63,287 nucleotides of DNA, filler included, from an uncultured Methanosarcinales archaeon (GCA_964472345.1; 6 parts of 6 records of this genome joined end to end with filler, not necessarily neighbours in it), one strand, 5' to 3'; shown: positions 48,765-58,490, numbered from the whole stretch's first letter. Notes: generated by a model not told the origin, from the letters alone. Numbers and translations: made by a program.

Positions 48765-49669
48765 ATATGCAAGCCAAGAACCGAGCTGCTCAGCACCGCT
48801 GTCCGGTCTGCGATGTCCATGACAAAAGTAATGCTCAGGTTATCCTTGGTGCCCTTTTCCAGCAGCTTTGACCCACGCTCCTCAATCTCCTGATGGAGCA
48901 TGCTCAGTTGATTTAATTTTCCCTTGTCAAATGCATACACAAGGTGGTATTGGATTTCGAGTATCTTCTGGGCAAGCCGGTACAGCTCCAGCACCTCTGC
49001 CGGCAATTGTTGCCTCTTCTTTTGCAGATGGATGCTAAAGTCGCGCAGCTTATCGCTGACCTTCTCAAGCTGCCAGATAATGACATAAAGAAAACAGGTC
49101 TTCTTGTAATCGGGATAGCCCCTTTTGTTCAGGATGCGCTGGCAGAATGTCACCAACTTGTTCACCGTTGTGTCAAGGAGTGCCAGCTCACCAAGCTTTG
49201 CGAACTGCTCTTTTTCAAGCGCATCGAGGATCCCCTGCGAGAGCGATTGGACGATGAGGAATATCCTCCGAAGGATGGAATCGAACTCCCCGTCGAGCGG
49301 CCCTGCGACATTTCTCACCGTGACACTGCCTTCCTTTTGATCAACCATCTCAAATCCAAGGGTGATGGTTTGTGTGACCTCCTGCACCTGCTGGATCGCT
49401 TCAAGGGCGTCATACTCAAAGATGACCTCATCATATCCTTTCTTGTGTGCGGTTGTCACGAACCACTTGACACAGTGCGGATCGACGCCGCTCAGGTCGA
49501 TTGCTGTCGTTTCGATCCCTTCGTTCGCCATCGGACGCACCACCACCTTATCCCCTTCCTCATTCACTTCCACCTCATCACCTTTCTGGAGATGAAACCG
49601 CCGTGCCCATTTGCTCGGCAGAGAAACCGTCAGCGCGGTGCCGCCCTGGAGGACGATCTTGCGACGCAT
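48761..49669 (-). CDS. AbrB-PhoU phosphate uptake regulator
   Basis: RKIVLQGGTALTVSLPSKWARRFHLQKGDEV (AbrB); GFEMVDQ; QLEKVSD (PhoU-like). Confidence 0.85.
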   Translation of the reverse strand: MRRKIVLQGGTALTVSLPSKWARRFHLQKGDEVEVNEEGDKVVVRPMANEGIETTAIDLSGVDPHCVKWFVTTAHKKGYDEVIFEYDALEAIQQVQEVTQTITLGFEMVDQKEGSVTVRNVAGPLDGEFDSILRRIFLIVQSLSQGILDALEKEQFAKLGELALLDTTVNKLVTFCQRILNKRGYPDYKKTCFLYVIIWQLEKVSDKLRDFSIHLQKKRQQLPAEVLELYRLAQKILEIQYHLVYAFDKGKLNQLSMLHQEIEERGSKLLEKGTKDNLSITFVMDIADRTAVLSSSVLGLHI

Positions 49670-49837
49670 GCCCGATTGATTCTATAATCCTATATAAAGA
49701 CTTATGTTCTCTATATTATAATTCATTTTCTATACCTCATTTTTAATCCGGTGCATTTCAGCAGGCGTCCGTGTGCCCTGCGCGATGCCACGGCCGGCAG
49801 CTGCCTTTTTGCTGGCTCTGCATTGATGGTTCTGCGG

Positions 49838-50089
49838 GGGTTGGTGCGGAATTCAGCGCTGGCGCGACCATTACCTCGGCCGCGGGCGACGCAGGGGAAG
49901 CGAAGCGACCTGAGGACTCCGCAAAGTCCGAAGCTGAGCGGCGGAACGAGGGTTTCGCGCATGTCAGAAATCCGCAGATTTCTGATCATGTTCAGAAATG
50001 CCTGCAGCATTTCGGACAGCGCGACCGGAGTTACTCCGACGTAAGGAGGAGTTACCAGAGGCCGCAGCCTCGGCGTATCGCACCAACCC
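49838..50089. repeat. Structured inverted-repeat element (type E; MITE-like or ncRNA)
   Basis: GGGTTGGTGCG / CGCACCAACCC ends, GTTCTGCG direct repeat nearby on both sides, several internal hairpins. Confidence 0.5.
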
Positions 50090-50180
50090 AAGTTCTGCGA
50101 AAACCTCTATAACCTCTATAATCTCCGTAGAGAAGATATAAATCCAAGCTCTCCAAACTGGTATACAAAAAAGGTGGACC

Positions 50181-51026
50181 ATGGAATTCCAGTACCCGCA
50201 CAAGCCTAAAACAGCCTATGACCTGCGCTTTTACGTGCTTTCCGCGGTCATCCTGCTCCTTGTGATTGGCTTTCTTGTCTTGAGCGTGCTGTTCGTTTCA
50301 AGGCTCTCATCTGCAAACAGAGATGCGGGCGGTGCGGCCGGCTTGGCGGTGCTCGATACGGCGCTCACGGCGCGCGACGATCAGGTACATGGAGAGTCCG
50401 CACAGCCACATTCTGAACGCTCACTCCAAACGGGAAATGCACGCACATCGCGTGCGCCGGGCTCACCGGCTCCAGCATTACTGCCTGCCTCTCTGGGGCT
50501 GGAGGGCCCGATTCCCGTTTTTCTTACGCTGACGGTTGAGCGCGTGTCGCTTGCGATCCAGGCCGAACAGCTGGACATTGAAACAGGCGAGCTGCAGCTC
50601 AGCGACGCGAAAGCCAAAGAAACGATCCGTACCAAGGGCAATACGGGCACTATCCACATCGCACCATTCCAGGGGGTTGTGGAAAGCAGCAGCGACGGAA
50701 AAACCAGGCTTACCGGGGCGATGCGCTCCGTTTCAGGCGACGCGTTCGAGAAGAGCTATGGGGAAGCAGAGGAAGCGGTGCTGGCATTCATGGGCAGTGC
50801 CTCGGTCGCCCATGTCACGCTGCATGATCTTGAGCTGCTCGGCACGGGCACGGTGGAGATCGACGGCAAGACGACATCGCGCGTTGCGAACCATCCGCTG
50901 CGTTTCGGAACCTTCACCGGCAGCGTATCCATGGTGCCGCAGGACGGCAGCGTCACGCTTGTCTTTGACGGCCTGATGTCAGATCTTGCGATCCAGTACC
51001 GGGATTTCAGGGTAGGAGCCGGATAG
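50181..51026 (+). CDS. Membrane-anchored hypothetical protein
   Basis: Single N-terminal TM, beta-rich ectodomain; AGGTGG SD. Confidence 0.65.
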   Translation: MEFQYPHKPKTAYDLRFYVLSAVILLLVIGFLVLSVLFVSRLSSANRDAGGAAGLAVLDTALTARDDQVHGESAQPHSERSLQTGNARTSRAPGSPAPALLPASLGLEGPIPVFLTLTVERVSLAIQAEQLDIETGELQLSDAKAKETIRTKGNTGTIHIAPFQGVVESSSDGKTRLTGAMRSVSGDAFEKSYGEAEEAVLAFMGSASVAHVTLHDLELLGTGTVEIDGKTTSRVANHPLRFGTFTGSVSMVPQDGSVTLVFDGLMSDLAIQYRDFRVGAG

Positions 51027-51203
51027 TCCTGTTCAATGTTCTGCAGAAACCCTCCTATGCACTGCCTGCTCTGCGCGAACGAGGCTGCGCCGACGTCTCG
51101 GCACGAAGTGCGAGTAGCTCCTCGCTGCTTGCACAGAAAGGAGTTTCGCACCAACCGCCGCTGTTCCGACACCTTAATAAATATCCGCCTGTTTCCCGTG
51201 CGC

Positions 51204-51737
51204 ATGAGAACATTCATGCTGATACTGGTTCTTGCACTATTGCTCATTGCGGGCTGCAAGACTGCGATTGATGTGATTGTGGGGCCGCCGGAGGAGCAGG
51301 CGCCGCAGCCGCCCGCGGCTCCCGAGCCTGCTGCGCCGGAAACACAGCCAACGCCCCAGCCTGCGGCCCCTTCTGTCCCTGTGCAGCCTGTGCAGCCGCC
51401 GGCTCCCAACGCCACGCTGAACGCGTCAAATGCCTCCGTTCAGGAAGCTGCAGTGCAGCCCGTACCAGGTGTCCATACCATCCTCATCAAGAATGACGGC
51501 TTTGAGCCGAAGCTGCTGAAGATCAAGGCGGGCGGAATGGTCATCTGGAAAAATACGCGCACGACGGCTGTTTCCCCGCAGGCCTCGCTGATCATCGGCG
51601 CCCGCCTCTGCAGGGACATGCGCAGCCCGAAACTCGAGCCGGAGGAGAGCTTCAACCATACGTTTCCCGCGCCGCTCACCTGCGAGTATGCTGATGGCAT
51701 CTATACCCGTCAAGGCGGCGTGATCGTGGTGGAGTGA
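51204..51737 (+). CDS. Lipoprotein with Pro-rich linker and cupredoxin-like domain
   Basis: LLIAGC lipobox; HTILIKNDGFEPKLLKIKAGGMVIWKN...LEPEESFNHTF...GVIVVE. Confidence 0.7.
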   Translation: MRTFMLILVLALLLIAGCKTAIDVIVGPPEEQAPQPPAAPEPAAPETQPTPQPAAPSVPVQPVQPPAPNATLNASNASVQEAAVQPVPGVHTILIKNDGFEPKLLKIKAGGMVIWKNTRTTAVSPQASLIIGARLCRDMRSPKLEPEESFNHTFPAPLTCEYADGIYTRQGGVIVVE

Positions 51738-51741
51738 CTGC

Positions 51742-52263
51742 ATGCCTCGTGTGATTGACTACAAGGGACAGCGCGTCGGCGTCTTCATCGACGTGCAGAA
51801 CATGTACTATTCGGCGAAGAACCTCTATGGCAAGAAGGTCAACTTCGCGAACCTCCTGCGGGATGCGCGCGGCGAGCGGACGCTGATCCGGGCAATCGCG
51901 TATGTGATCCGCGCGGAAGCGACGAAGGAAGACACATTCTTCGGGGCGCTCGATGCGATCGGCTTCGAGGTACGGGCGAAGGACATCCAGATATTCGCCG
52001 GCGGCGCCAAGAAAGGCGACTGGGACATCGGCATCGCCATGGACGCGATCGAGACAGCGCCGCGGCTCGATGTCGTCGTGCTCGTGAGCGGCGACGGCGA
52101 CTTCGTCCCGCTGCTGGAGCATCTGCGGCGCGCGCTCGGCTGCAAGGTGGAAGTGATGTCGTTTGGGCCGAGCACGAGCGCAAAGCTGAAGGAAGCTGCG
52201 GACGTCTTCGTTGATCTCGACAAGGATTCCCGGCGATACGTGATTGCGAAGGAAGCGAGATAG
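51742..52263 (+). CDS. NYN/LabA (DUF88) domain protein
   Basis: VFIDVQNMYY, KGDWDIGIAMD, LVSGDGDFVP, ADVFVDL. Confidence 0.9.
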   Translation: MPRVIDYKGQRVGVFIDVQNMYYSAKNLYGKKVNFANLLRDARGERTLIRAIAYVIRAEATKEDTFFGALDAIGFEVRAKDIQIFAGGAKKGDWDIGIAMDAIETAPRLDVVVLVSGDGDFVPLLEHLRRALGCKVEVMSFGPSTSAKLKEAADVFVDLDKDSRRYVIAKEAR

Positions 52264-52425
52264 TGAAGCGCCTGTCCACAGGTCTTTTCATTCTCCGTAC
52301 CCGCGGCTGAACTGCACAAGAAAGCTTTATAAAGCGGCTGCCGCTCACGCGCCATTCCCGCGAGGACTATCAGCACACGGCAAGCCTGCCTTGCTGAGTC
52401 GTGCGTTGCAGTGATAGGAGGGGCG

Positions 52426-53064
52426 ATGGAGAAAGAACAGATCCTGAAGGCATTGTCGGAACTGAAGCAGTCGCAGCGCAAGTTTCTCCAGAACTATGAC
52501 CTTATCATCACGTTCCGCGACGTTGATTTCAAGAAAAGCCCGATTGAGACGTTTGTTGCGCTGCCGCATGCGCGAGGGAAGAAAGCGGCGGTGTGCGCGT
52601 TCGTGGGCCAGGAACTGGCGGAGAAAGCGGCCCAGGCGTGCGACGTTGTCGTGAGGGAAACCAACTTCGATTCCTACAAAGGTGATGCGAAGAAGATCAA
52701 GCAGCTCGCGCGCACGTGCACGTTCTTTCTCGCGCAGGCAAACCTGATGCCGCAGGTGGCGACCGTGTTTGGCCGTGTGCTCGGGCCGCGCAACAGGATG
52801 CCCAACCCGAAGGCAGGCTGCGTCGTGCCGCCGAATGCCGACCTGAAAGCGCTGGTCGAGCGGCTGCAGAAGACGGTGCATCTCAAGTCACGGGCGATGT
52901 CCATGGTGCAGTGCATCGTGGGAACCGAGCAGATGGCTGACGAGCAGATCGCGGACAACGTGCTCGCAGTCTACCAGCAGGTGATGAAGCTGCTTCCCAG
53001 TGAGGAGAACAACATCCGCGCAGTCCATCTCAAGAAAACCATGAGCCCTGCGGTGAAGCTCTGA
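52426..53064 (+). CDS. rpl1: 50S ribosomal protein uL1
   Basis: RKFLQNYDLII, LPHARG, FGRVLGPRNRMP, KKTMSP. Confidence 0.95.
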   Translation: MEKEQILKALSELKQSQRKFLQNYDLIITFRDVDFKKSPIETFVALPHARGKKAAVCAFVGQELAEKAAQACDVVVRETNFDSYKGDAKKIKQLARTCTFFLAQANLMPQVATVFGRVLGPRNRMPNPKAGCVVPPNADLKALVERLQKTVHLKSRAMSMVQCIVGTEQMADEQIADNVLAVYQQVMKLLPSEENNIRAVHLKKTMSPAVKL

Positions 53065-53897
53065 TGGCCAGCGACGCAAAGAAACGGGCTGTCGAAGCAT
53101 TGCGGCAGCTGATCAAAGCGTACCCGATCGTCGGCGTCGCCAACCTGCAGAACCTGCCCGCTCCCCAGCTCCAGGGCCTTCGTCGCTCGCTGCGGGGGAA
53201 AGTGGAGCTGCGCATGGCGCGCCGGCGGCTGCTGAAGCTCGCGCTCGAGCAGGAGGGCGGCGGCGTCGAGAGGCTTGTGGATCACCTGAGCGGCATGCCG
53301 GCGCTGCTTTTCACGAAGGAGAACCCATTCCAGCTCTACAAGATCACGCAGAAGAACAAGAGCAGCGCCCCTGCGAAAGCCGGACAGATCGCGCCGAATG
53401 ACATCCTGATCCCCGCCGGACCGACGCCGTTCGCCCCGGGGCCGGTGATCGGCGAGCTTGGGGCGATCGGGCTGAAAACGGGCGTCGAAGGCGGCAAGGT
53501 CGTGATCAAGGCTGACAGCGTCGTGTGCCGCAAGGGCGAGGCCGTCACACCGAAAGCCGCCGACGTGCTCAAGCGCCTCGGCATCCAGCCAATGGAAATC
53601 GGGCTGCATATCGTTGCCGTGCTTGAGGGCGGCATGGTGTTTTTGGCGGAGCAGCTTGCCATCGATGAAAGCAGGTTCATGGCGGAGCTGCTCGGCTCAG
53701 TCCAGGAAGCGCGGAATCTTGCGGTGGAAGCTGCCTATCCGGCTCACGATGTCACCGAGCTGCTCATCCAGAAGGCGTTCCGCGAAGCGAAGGCGGTAGC
53801 GCTCGAGGCAGGCGTCGTGGACAAGGAGCTCATCGAAGAGCTGCTCGGAAAAGTGGACGCCGAGGCGCGCGCTCTGCAGGGGGCTGCCCATGCCTGA
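53064..53897 (+). CDS. rpl10: 50S ribosomal protein uL10 (P0)
   Basis: LPAPQLQGLRRSLRG, ENPFQLY, AKAGQIAPNDI..PAGPTPFAPGP, LKRLGIQPMEIGL. Confidence 0.95.
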   Translation: MASDAKKRAVEALRQLIKAYPIVGVANLQNLPAPQLQGLRRSLRGKVELRMARRRLLKLALEQEGGGVERLVDHLSGMPALLFTKENPFQLYKITQKNKSSAPAKAGQIAPNDILIPAGPTPFAPGPVIGELGAIGLKTGVEGGKVVIKADSVVCRKGEAVTPKAADVLKRLGIQPMEIGLHIVAVLEGGMVFLAEQLAIDESRFMAELLGSVQEARNLAVEAAYPAHDVTELLIQKAFREAKAVALEAGVVDKELIEELLGKVDAEARALQGAAHA

Positions 53898-54285
53898 GGA
53901 GCCCTTGGAAGGCGAGCCGGCAGAGCACGAGCCCGAGGAGATCGAAGATGCTGATGCCGTGCCGGAGGACATCGTGCTGAGGCGCAAGGAGAAGGTGAAG
54001 AGCCGCGGTTCCCCGCCCCCCGGGCAGAGGCATTCCCCCATGCACGCGCTGAAGGAGGAGCTGCAGCGGATCGAAGACGCGATCGCGCCGCGGCGTGCTG
54101 CTGCCAGGGACACCGCAGGAGCGGTCCGCGAGGAGGGTGCTGTCGCACAGGCGCAGCGGGATGTTGCGCGGGTTGAGGAAGCATTGCGCACGGAAGCGCA
54201 CCGCGAGGCGGCCGAGCTGAAAGAGCGCGCCGCCAAGCTGAAGGCAACGATTGTGCGGATCGGGCAGGCAAAAAAACGAGCGTAA
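53890..54285 (+). CDS. Acidic/coiled-coil hypothetical protein between rpl10 and rpl12
   Basis: ATG overlaps the rpl10 stop (ATGCCTGA); 131 aa, acidic N-terminus and helical C-terminus. Confidence 0.6.
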   Translation: MPEEPLEGEPAEHEPEEIEDADAVPEDIVLRRKEKVKSRGSPPPGQRHSPMHALKEELQRIEDAIAPRRAAARDTAGAVREEGAVAQAQRDVARVEEALRTEAHREAAELKERAAKLKATIVRIGQAKKRA

Positions 54286-54361
54286 CCGCCAGCTCTCCGA
54301 AAGGAAACTATTAAAAAAGGGTGCTGTTCACCCCCATCGAACGATCACGGAGGGATACACC

Positions 54362-54676
54362 ATGGAATATGTCTATGCTGCATTACTCTTGCATAAGGCA
54401 GGAAAGAAAGTCGAGGAAGGCAGTGTCAGGAATGTGCTCGAAGCAGCAGGCGTGCAGGCGGACGCAGCACGCGTCAAGGCGCTGATTGCTGCGCTCGACG
54501 GCGTCAACATCGATGAGGCCATCAGGAAGAGCGCGGTCGTCGCGGCACCCGAAGCTGTTGCGAGCGCGCCTGCCGCAGCCAGTGCACCGAGCAAGGAAGA
54601 CGAAAAGAAAAAGGCTGAGGAAGAGAAGAAAAAGGAGGAAGAGGCTGCTGCCGGCTTGGGCGCGCTCTTCGGCTGA
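54362..54676 (+). CDS. rpl12: 50S ribosomal stalk protein P1 (aL12)
   Basis: [14 protein letters not shown]...[13 protein letters not shown]. Confidence 0.96.
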   Translation: MEYVYAALLLHKAGKKVEEGSVRNVLEAAGVQADAARVKALIAALDGVNIDEAIRKSAVVAAPEAVASAPAAASAPSKEDEKKKAEEEKKKEEEAAAGLGALFG

Positions 54677-54718
54677 TCATTCTCTTTTTTCTTCCCTTTT
54701 TCTTGGCGCAGTGTCACC

Positions 54719-55594
54719 ATGGGTACGGTCGTCAGCGGGCTTCACGGGGAGATGCAGCGGGTGAGCAGCATGCGCGCTGAGCTCAACCGGCTTGATGCAA
54801 AGCTGCGCGAGCTGCAGCAGCGGAAGCGTTCCGCGGGGGCGGCGCTGGGGGATCAGGTGCGTGCGCTCCGGCAGGCCCGTGCGGAGCGGGATGAGCTTAC
54901 CCTGCTCGTGAAGCAGCACAAGGGAGAGCGCTCACTGGCGCAGGAAGCGCTGAAGCAGCAGCTGCAGCGGCTCCGGGAGAAGAGGGAGCAGCGCCGCGCA
55001 GCGCTCGGGCGCCTCGGGCTGCGGAAAAGCCCTGCGCAGGCCGAGCAGCAGATTCGGCGCATTGAGCTGCGGATAGAGACGGAAGGGATGCCATTTGATG
55101 CTGAGCAGAAGCTGATGAAGCAGCTGAAAGTGCTCAAGAAGCAGAAAGAAGAGGCGCACGTCATCGAGCAGATCGACACGGAGATTGAAGCGCTGCGCGA
55201 GGCTGTTGCGGTGCTTCGCCGGAAAGCGGAGGAAGCGCATCAGCACGTGCAGGAAAAAGCCGCTGCCGGCCAGGAAAAGCATGAGCGGCTCACGGCGCTG
55301 GCTCACGAGCTGAATGCGCTGCGGAAGGGGGAGAAGCGCATCCGCGCGGAGATGGGGCCGCTCAAGGAGCAGGCAGCATCGGTCGAGGGGCAGCTTGAAG
55401 GTGAGCTGCTCAAGCTCCAGGCAGCCGGCAGGGAAATAGCAGCGGTGCGCTCGGCAAAGCAGCACGAGCAGCGCGCAAGGCAGAGCGAGCTCCTTGAGCA
55501 GAAGACAAAGCTTGTCGAGGAGAAGCTCAGGAAAGGGCAGAAGCTCACGACTGCCGATCTGCTCGCGTGGCAGGCGAAGGAAGGGGATGGATGA
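54719..55594 (+). CDS. Archaeal coiled-coil protein (COG1340-like)
   Basis: ERDEL, IRRIELRIETEGMPFDAEQKLMKQLK, KLRKGQKLTTADLL. Confidence 0.75.
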   Translation: MGTVVSGLHGEMQRVSSMRAELNRLDAKLRELQQRKRSAGAALGDQVRALRQARAERDELTLLVKQHKGERSLAQEALKQQLQRLREKREQRRAALGRLGLRKSPAQAEQQIRRIELRIETEGMPFDAEQKLMKQLKVLKKQKEEAHVIEQIDTEIEALREAVAVLRRKAEEAHQHVQEKAAAGQEKHERLTALAHELNALRKGEKRIRAEMGPLKEQAASVEGQLEGELLKLQAAGREIAAVRSAKQHEQRARQSELLEQKTKLVEEKLRKGQKLTTADLLAWQAKEGDG

Positions 55595-55678
55595 GCTTAA
55601 GAAATGCGTGGCTGAGGGGCGTGTAGCCTCTGTCAGAAGCTCCGGTGAAGAGCCCTATCCCGCTCGATGAATAGGCAA

Positions 55679-55846
55679 TCACGTCTTGCTCTCCACATAG
55701 CGGCACCTGCCGCACACGCGCCGGTCCTTGTGCTCAGCCAGGAAAACGCCGCTGCCGCACTTGGGGCAGCTGCGGTTCTTTGGCTTGCCGCTTTCATACA
55801 GCGACCAGCGCCCCTTGCCTGCCTTCTTCTGCTTTGCCTCAGCCAT
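55679..55846 (-). CDS. rps27ae: 30S ribosomal protein eS31 (S27ae)
   Basis: Manual translation [55 protein letters not shown]; follows rps24e. Missing from the ORF track. Confidence 0.93.
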   Translation of the reverse strand: MAEAKQKKAGKGRWSLYESGKPKNRSCPKCGSGVFLAEHKDRRVCGRCRYVESKT

Positions 55847-55848
55847 GC

Positions 55849-56154
55849 TCACTTCTTCGCCTCAGGCTTCGCTTCAGCCGCTTTCTCCTCTTTTTTCTTC
55901 TTTTTCTTGATGACCTCGGCGTCCTGGAACGCCGCAGCATCGTGATAGGCGAACGCAAGCACCCGTGCGCTCGTGGCCCCATAGAAAGGGTACACATGGC
56001 GCACCACCAGCAGCTGCTCATCGCTTTTCAGCTGCTCGGCAAGCGCCTTCCGCATGTCAGTGTTCGACGGCGTTGCGCCTTCGTACTGCACCAGAGCCTC
56101 GATGCGCGTGCGCCTGAGCAGCGGGTTCTCGTGCCGGGTAAGTGTCAGCTGCAT
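55849..56154 (-). CDS. rps24e: 30S ribosomal protein eS24
   Basis: ENPLLRR, GATPS; conserved position after rpoE/spt4. Confidence 0.92.
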   Translation of the reverse strand: MQLTLTRHENPLLRRTRIEALVQYEGATPSNTDMRKALAEQLKSDEQLLVVRHVYPFYGATSARVLAFAYHDAAAFQDAEVIKKKKKKEEKAAEAKPEAKK

Positions 56155-56155
56155 A

Positions 56156-56344
56156 TCATCTCACCTTGATCGCATATTCGCCTGCGAACGTGATGCCGAG
56201 CTTCTTTGCGATGAGGCTTTTCTTCGGGTCATTGATGTAGAGGCGGCCTTGCCAGGTGTCGCTGAACTGGTTGCCGCTGCAGCTCGGGCAGGAATCTCCC
56301 TCCACGAACAGCTTGCATTGCGTGCATGCTTTTTTCTTGCTCAT
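56156..56344 (-). CDS. spt4: Transcription elongation factor Spt4 (RpoE'')
   Basis: KKACTQCK...CPSC...WQG...SLIAKKLGITFAGEYAIKVR. Confidence 0.94.
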   Translation of the reverse strand: MSKKKACTQCKLFVEGDSCPSCSGNQFSDTWQGRLYINDPKKSLIAKKLGITFAGEYAIKVR

Positions 56345-56916
56345 GGTTCCTTCTTCCCCTTCGGCTCCTTTGGCGCCTTCGGCTCTTCGGGAGCGCTGAG
56401 CCACTCAAGGCGGCCAAGCCCTTCCTGGCGCATGGTCAGGCCGATCTTCGGGTTTGCAACGTCCTTGTACGAGACGGCGACGATGCGCGCGCGGCACTTG
56501 TCATTGACGCGCAGGGAGCGGTTGCTCTCCCGTCCGCTCAGCACCTTGTCCTTGGAAAATGAAACATAGTCATCCATCGTCTGCGAGATGTGGATCATGC
56601 CTTCCGCGGGGCCGAGGGTCATGAACGTCCCGAACTCCGCGATGTCGCGCACCTTGCTCAGGACGACTTCCTGCAGGTCCGGCCGGAAGGTGAGCAGCTC
56701 GACCGTCGAGTCATAGTAGGCAGCGCCGTCGCCGGGGATGATGACGCCCTCTCCGACACGCTCAACGCCGAGCACGTCGATGACGAAGCCCAGCTTTGCA
56801 GAGATGAAGCCTTCGTAGTCCTTCTTGGCGCGCTGCAGGACCGCCTGCTCCTTTTGGAGCCCAAACGTGTCCGGCGGGACGCGGACATGGTCACGGATCT
56901 TTACCCGGTAGAACAT
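56341..56916 (-). CDS. rpo7: DNA-directed RNA polymerase subunit E' (Rpo7)
   Basis: DHVRVPP, GVIIPGDGAAY, GMIHISQTMDD, KIGLTMRQEGLGRLEW. Confidence 0.96.
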   Translation of the reverse strand: MFYRVKIRDHVRVPPDTFGLQKEQAVLQRAKKDYEGFISAKLGFVIDVLGVERVGEGVIIPGDGAAYYDSTVELLTFRPDLQEVVLSKVRDIAEFGTFMTLGPAEGMIHISQTMDDYVSFSKDKVLSGRESNRSLRVNDKCRARIVAVSYKDVANPKIGLTMRQEGLGRLEWLSAPEEPKAPKEPKGKKEP

Positions 56917-56961
56917 GCGGGGCGTGAGGAGCCGGTTTATTTATAAACATTACGGATAGGT

Positions 56962-57066
56962 GGCGTTATTGAAAAGTTCCCGTTCGCTGCGCTCGATTCA
57001 ATGGTCCTTCGGACTGGCATCGAGCTGGAGCCTGGCAGGTGTCCCACTTACGCCGGCGCTCACTGG
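56962..57066. mobile_element. MITE-like element, type C (copy 2, cut by contig end)
   Basis: GGCGTTATTGAAAAGTTCCCGTTCGCT...GAGCCTGGCAGG...GCGCTCACTGG matches 42012-42116. Confidence 0.75.
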
Positions 57067-57166
57067 NNNNNNNNNNNNNNNNNNNNNNNNNNNNNNNNNN
57101 NNNNNNNNNNTTAATTAATTAANNNNNNNNNNNNNNNNNNNNNNNNNNNNNNNNNNNNNNNNNNNN

Positions 57167-57676
57167 GCCGAAAAAATAAGTTTACAGCATGCAAAAGAAA
57201 ACAAGCTGTTCTATTTTGTTGCCAATGTGGTTATCTACCGTGAAGAAGACGGGCGGTGCTTGATCTTGAGAAGGAGCATGAGGGAAAAAGTCCACCCGGG
57301 AAGATATGCTGTGCCCGGAGGCAAGCTTGAATGGGAACAGATGGACGTAAAAAACCCGACCAGGCTCAATGGAGATGTTTTGGATTTTGAACACGCAGTG
57401 GAGGATTTGTTACTACGAGAGGCTCAAGAGGAGGCGGGTGTCGAGATTGACACGGATTTGAGATACATCAACAGCGTAGCATTTGTCAGGCCGGATGAAA
57501 TCCCGGTAATTCTCGTGAAATTCGCGGCAAAATACAAGGGCGGGGAGGTTAAGCCTGAAGCAGGCGCATTCGACGACTATGTGTGGGTTAATGAAGAGGA
57601 AGTAAAAAACTATACATGTATCGATGGGATCCAAGAAGAGGTAGCTGCGACAATTAAATTATTTAAATCAAAGTGA
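57167..57676 (+). CDS. NUDIX hydrolase (5' truncated)
   Basis: Frame open from the contig start (AEKISLQHAKENKLFYFVANVVIY); PGGKLE...REAQEEAGV Nudix box with an insertion. Confidence 0.85.
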   Translation, partial: AEKISLQHAKENKLFYFVANVVIYREEDGRCLILRRSMREKVHPGRYAVPGGKLEWEQMDVKNPTRLNGDVLDFEHAVEDLLLREAQEEAGVEIDTDLRYINSVAFVRPDEIPVILVKFAAKYKGGEVKPEAGAFDDYVWVNEEEVKNYTCIDGIQEEVAATIKLFKSK

Positions 57677-57695
57677 AGACAAAATAACAACCACT

Positions 57696-58379
57696 ATGGT
57701 AGGCAAACTTATTGTGATTGAAGGCTCGGACAGCAGCGGGAAGGCGACGCAGGCAGAGCTGCTGATCAGGAGGCTTACGCAGCACCATGTTCCCGCGGAG
57801 AAGGCTGACTTCCCGCAGTACGGGAGCTGGTCGGCTTTTTTTATCGAAAAGTACCTGAACGGCGAATTCGGCAGCTCGGGAGAAGTGAACGCACAGCAGG
57901 CGTCACTGTTCTACGCGCTTGACCGGTTTGCCGCGAAGAAGCGCATCCTGCAATGGCTGAATGAAGGGAAGGCCGTTGTCGCGAACCGCTATGTGGGCAG
58001 CAACCAGGCGTACCAGGGGGCGAAGATACAAAATGAAGATGAGCGAAAGAAATTTCTCGCGTGGCTCGATGAGCTTGAGCACGGCATCCTCGGGCTGCCC
58101 CGTCCTGACCTGGTTATCTACCTGCGCGTTCCACTTGCGGTGAGCCTGCAGCTGCTTGAGCGAAGACGCAAGAAGGATTATATCAGCGACGGCACGAAAG
58201 ACCTCCATGAGCGCGACGAGGCGCTGCTGCAAGCGACCGGGGAGGTTTATGAGCATCTCGCACGGCGGGAGGAGCGCTGGCGCGCCATTGACTGCACCGA
58301 AGACGGGGTGCTGCTTCCGAAGGAAAAAATCCACGAAAAGGTGTGGAAGGANNNNNNNNNNAGCCGAAAAACTCATTGA
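57696..58379 (+). CDS. tmk: Thymidylate kinase (3' end interrupted by a 10-N gap)
   Basis: LIVIEGSDSSGKATQ, LFYALDR, NRYVGSNQAYQG, LPRPDLVIYL, DLHE. Confidence 0.9.
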   Translation: MVGKLIVIEGSDSSGKATQAELLIRRLTQHHVPAEKADFPQYGSWSAFFIEKYLNGEFGSSGEVNAQQASLFYALDRFAAKKRILQWLNEGKAVVANRYVGSNQAYQGAKIQNEDERKKFLAWLDELEHGILGLPRPDLVIYLRVPLAVSLQLLERRRKKDYISDGTKDLHERDEALLQATGEVYEHLARREERWRAIDCTEDGVLLPKEKIHEKVWKXXXXSRKTH

Positions 58380-58490
58380 TTAGGCCTCCTTTTTCTCCGC
58401 CTCATTCCTCTTCACTTCCTTCCCGAATGCGCTCAACCGCGCGCAGCCTTCCTGCGCCTTGTAGCTGATGCTGCTTTTCTTTCCCACCAT
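58380..58490 (-). CDS. Putative 36-aa basic peptide
   Basis: GAGGTGA SD then MVGKKSSISYKAQEGCARLSAFGKEVKRNEAEKKEA; downstream of dut. Confidence 0.35.
   Translation of the reverse strand: MVGKKSSISYKAQEGCARLSAFGKEVKRNEAEKKEA

Noticed and set aside
49838..50089. RNase P or SRP RNA
   Set aside because: The GAGGA...AAAGTCC similarity is interrupted, and I could not find the RNase P 3' conserved region or the SRP helix-8 motif. Kept only as an unidentified structured element.
11983..57166. Five identical TTAATTAATTAA motifs flanked by Ns
   Set aside because: Artificial contig linkers. ORF-track stops inside them and gene adjacency across them are artefacts.
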